DNA from: Felis catus
Taxonomy: Eukaryota
Length of the DNA: 64,000 nt
Assembly: GCF_018350175.1 (NCBI RefSeq)
Contig: NC_058368.1
Coordinates: 225,930,001-225,994,000 of the forward strand
Reading direction: 5' to 3'
How positions within the stretch are numbered: position 1 is the stretch's first letter; every line of letters starts with the position of its first letter. The position numbers and the translations under genes were made by a program. Below are positions 62,853 through 64,000 of this stretch, piece after piece. The notes below the pieces were generated by a model. It worked only from the letters and a program-made list of their open reading frames with translations. It did not search any database and was not told where the DNA came from.

Positions 62853-63030
62853 CTGTCTCTCTTTCCTTCCTTCCTTCCTTCCTTCCTTCCTTCCTTCCTT
62901 CCTTCCTTCCTTCCTCTTTTTCTTTCTTTCTTTCTTTTTTCCTTTCTTTACTCTTTCTTTCTTTCTTTCTTTCTCTCTCTCTCTCCTTCCTTCCTTCCTT
63001 CCTTCCTTCCTTCCTTCCTTCCTTCCTTCC

Positions 63031-63085
<55 letters not shown>

Positions 63086-63275
63086 CTCTGTCTCTCTTTC
63101 CTTCCTTCCTTCCTTCCTTCCTTCCTTCCTTCCTTCCTTCCTTCCTTCCTCTTTTTCTTTCTTTCTCTTTCTTTCTTTCTTTTTTCCTTTCTTTACTCTT
63201 TCTTTCTTTCTTTCTTTCTTTCTCTCTCTCTCTCTTTCCTTCCTTCCTTCCTTCCTTCCTTCCTTCCTTCCTTCC

Positions 63276-63343
<68 letters not shown>

Positions 63344-63362
63344 TCCCCTCTCCCTCCCTTCC

Positions 63363-63413
<51 letters not shown>

Positions 63414-63485
63414 CTCTTTCTCTCTTTCTCTCTTTCTCTCTTTCTCTTTCTTTCCTTCCTTCCTTCCCTCCTTTTTCTTTCTTTC

Positions 63486-63529
<44 letters not shown>

Positions 63530-63544
63530 TTTTCCTTTCTTTGC

Positions 63545-63591
<47 letters not shown>

Positions 63592-63735
63592 CTGTCTCTC
63601 CTTCCTTCCTTCCTTCCTTCCTTCCTTCCTTCCTTCCTTCCTTCCTTCCTTCCTTCCTTCCTTCCTTCCTTCCTTCCTTCCTTCCTTCCTTCCTTCCTTC
63701 CTTCCTTCCTTCCTTCCTTCCTTCCTTCCTTCCTT
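60577..63735. repeat. 3.16-kb compound (CCTT)n/(CTTT)n/(CT)n polypyrimidine array with higher-order structure
   Basis: Only about 18 purines on the + strand; landmark motifs recur in a fixed order. Confidence 0.98.
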
Positions 63736-63975
63736 GAGTCTCTGAAGAAGAATCTACTTCCAAGCTTATTCAGGTTGCTCGTGGAATCAAGTTCCTTACA
63801 ATTGTAGGACTGAGGTCCATTTTCTTGCTCGCTTTCTGTCCCCTCTACATGGCCTCTTTCATCTTGAGTCAGCAATGTCATGAAGAGCCCTTCTCATGCT
63901 TCGAATCTCCCTGACTTCTCCTGTCTTCTTCTCCAACCTCACTCTCATGCCTGCAGCAGGAGAAAGTTCTCTGGT
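63736..63975 (-). mobile_element. MaLR LTR fragment (MLT1E-like)
   Basis: AGAATCTACTTCCAAGCTTATTCAGGTTG...GTTCCTT..TTGTAGGACTGAGGTCC, CCTTCTCATGCTTCGAATCTC, GGAGAAAGTTCTCTG. Confidence 0.75.
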
Positions 63976-64000
63976 GTCCCAGTGCTGAGTAGGATCTGCG

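Noticed and set aside
60563..63881. ORFs of up to 887 aa (F/L/S/P-rich on +, K/E/R/G-rich on -)
   Set aside because: Stop codons need both T and purines, so near-pure pyrimidine or purine strands are automatically open. These are translations of the microsatellite array.
1..64000. CRISPR arrays, operons, host protein-coding exons, processed pseudogenes
   Set aside because: The DNA is mammalian, has no repeat-spacer arrays, and no non-transposon ORF resembled a protein I recognise. Very short exons could be missed by eye.

Overview
This is felid (cat-family) mammalian genomic DNA, intergenic or deep intronic. The felid call rests on about 32 tRNA-derived Can-SINEs, including three near-identical copies of the youngest feline type, and one full-length but dead carnivore LINE-1 (about 2811-9622, minus strand). 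I recognised no host protein-coding exon, rRNA, true tRNA or CRISPR array. The only recognisable protein homologies in the ORF track are broken L1 ORF1/ORF2 and a short L2 reverse-transcriptase remnant. The very long ORFs at 23.5-24.2 kb and 60.5-63.9 kb are low-complexity artefacts. The rest is older repeats (MIR, L2, L1M, MaLR/ERVL/ERV1 LTRs, hAT DNA transposons), often nested, plus apparently unique stretches with enhancer-like motif clusters. I cannot establish a new biological system from sequence alone. The best leads are: (1) a 3.16-kb almost pure polypyrimidine array whose rare purines show a higher-order repeat made of microsatellite modules; (2) a fold-back palindromic AT-rich microsatellite at 23.7-24.1 kb; (3) a GC-box/CTCF/NRF1/YY1 cluster with a Kozak-context antisense short ORF inside the CpG-retaining L1 5'UTR; (4) a six-site GATA cluster at 25.2-25.6 kb. 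Repeat subfamily names are recalled from consensus sequences, and boundaries of old repeats are approximate.
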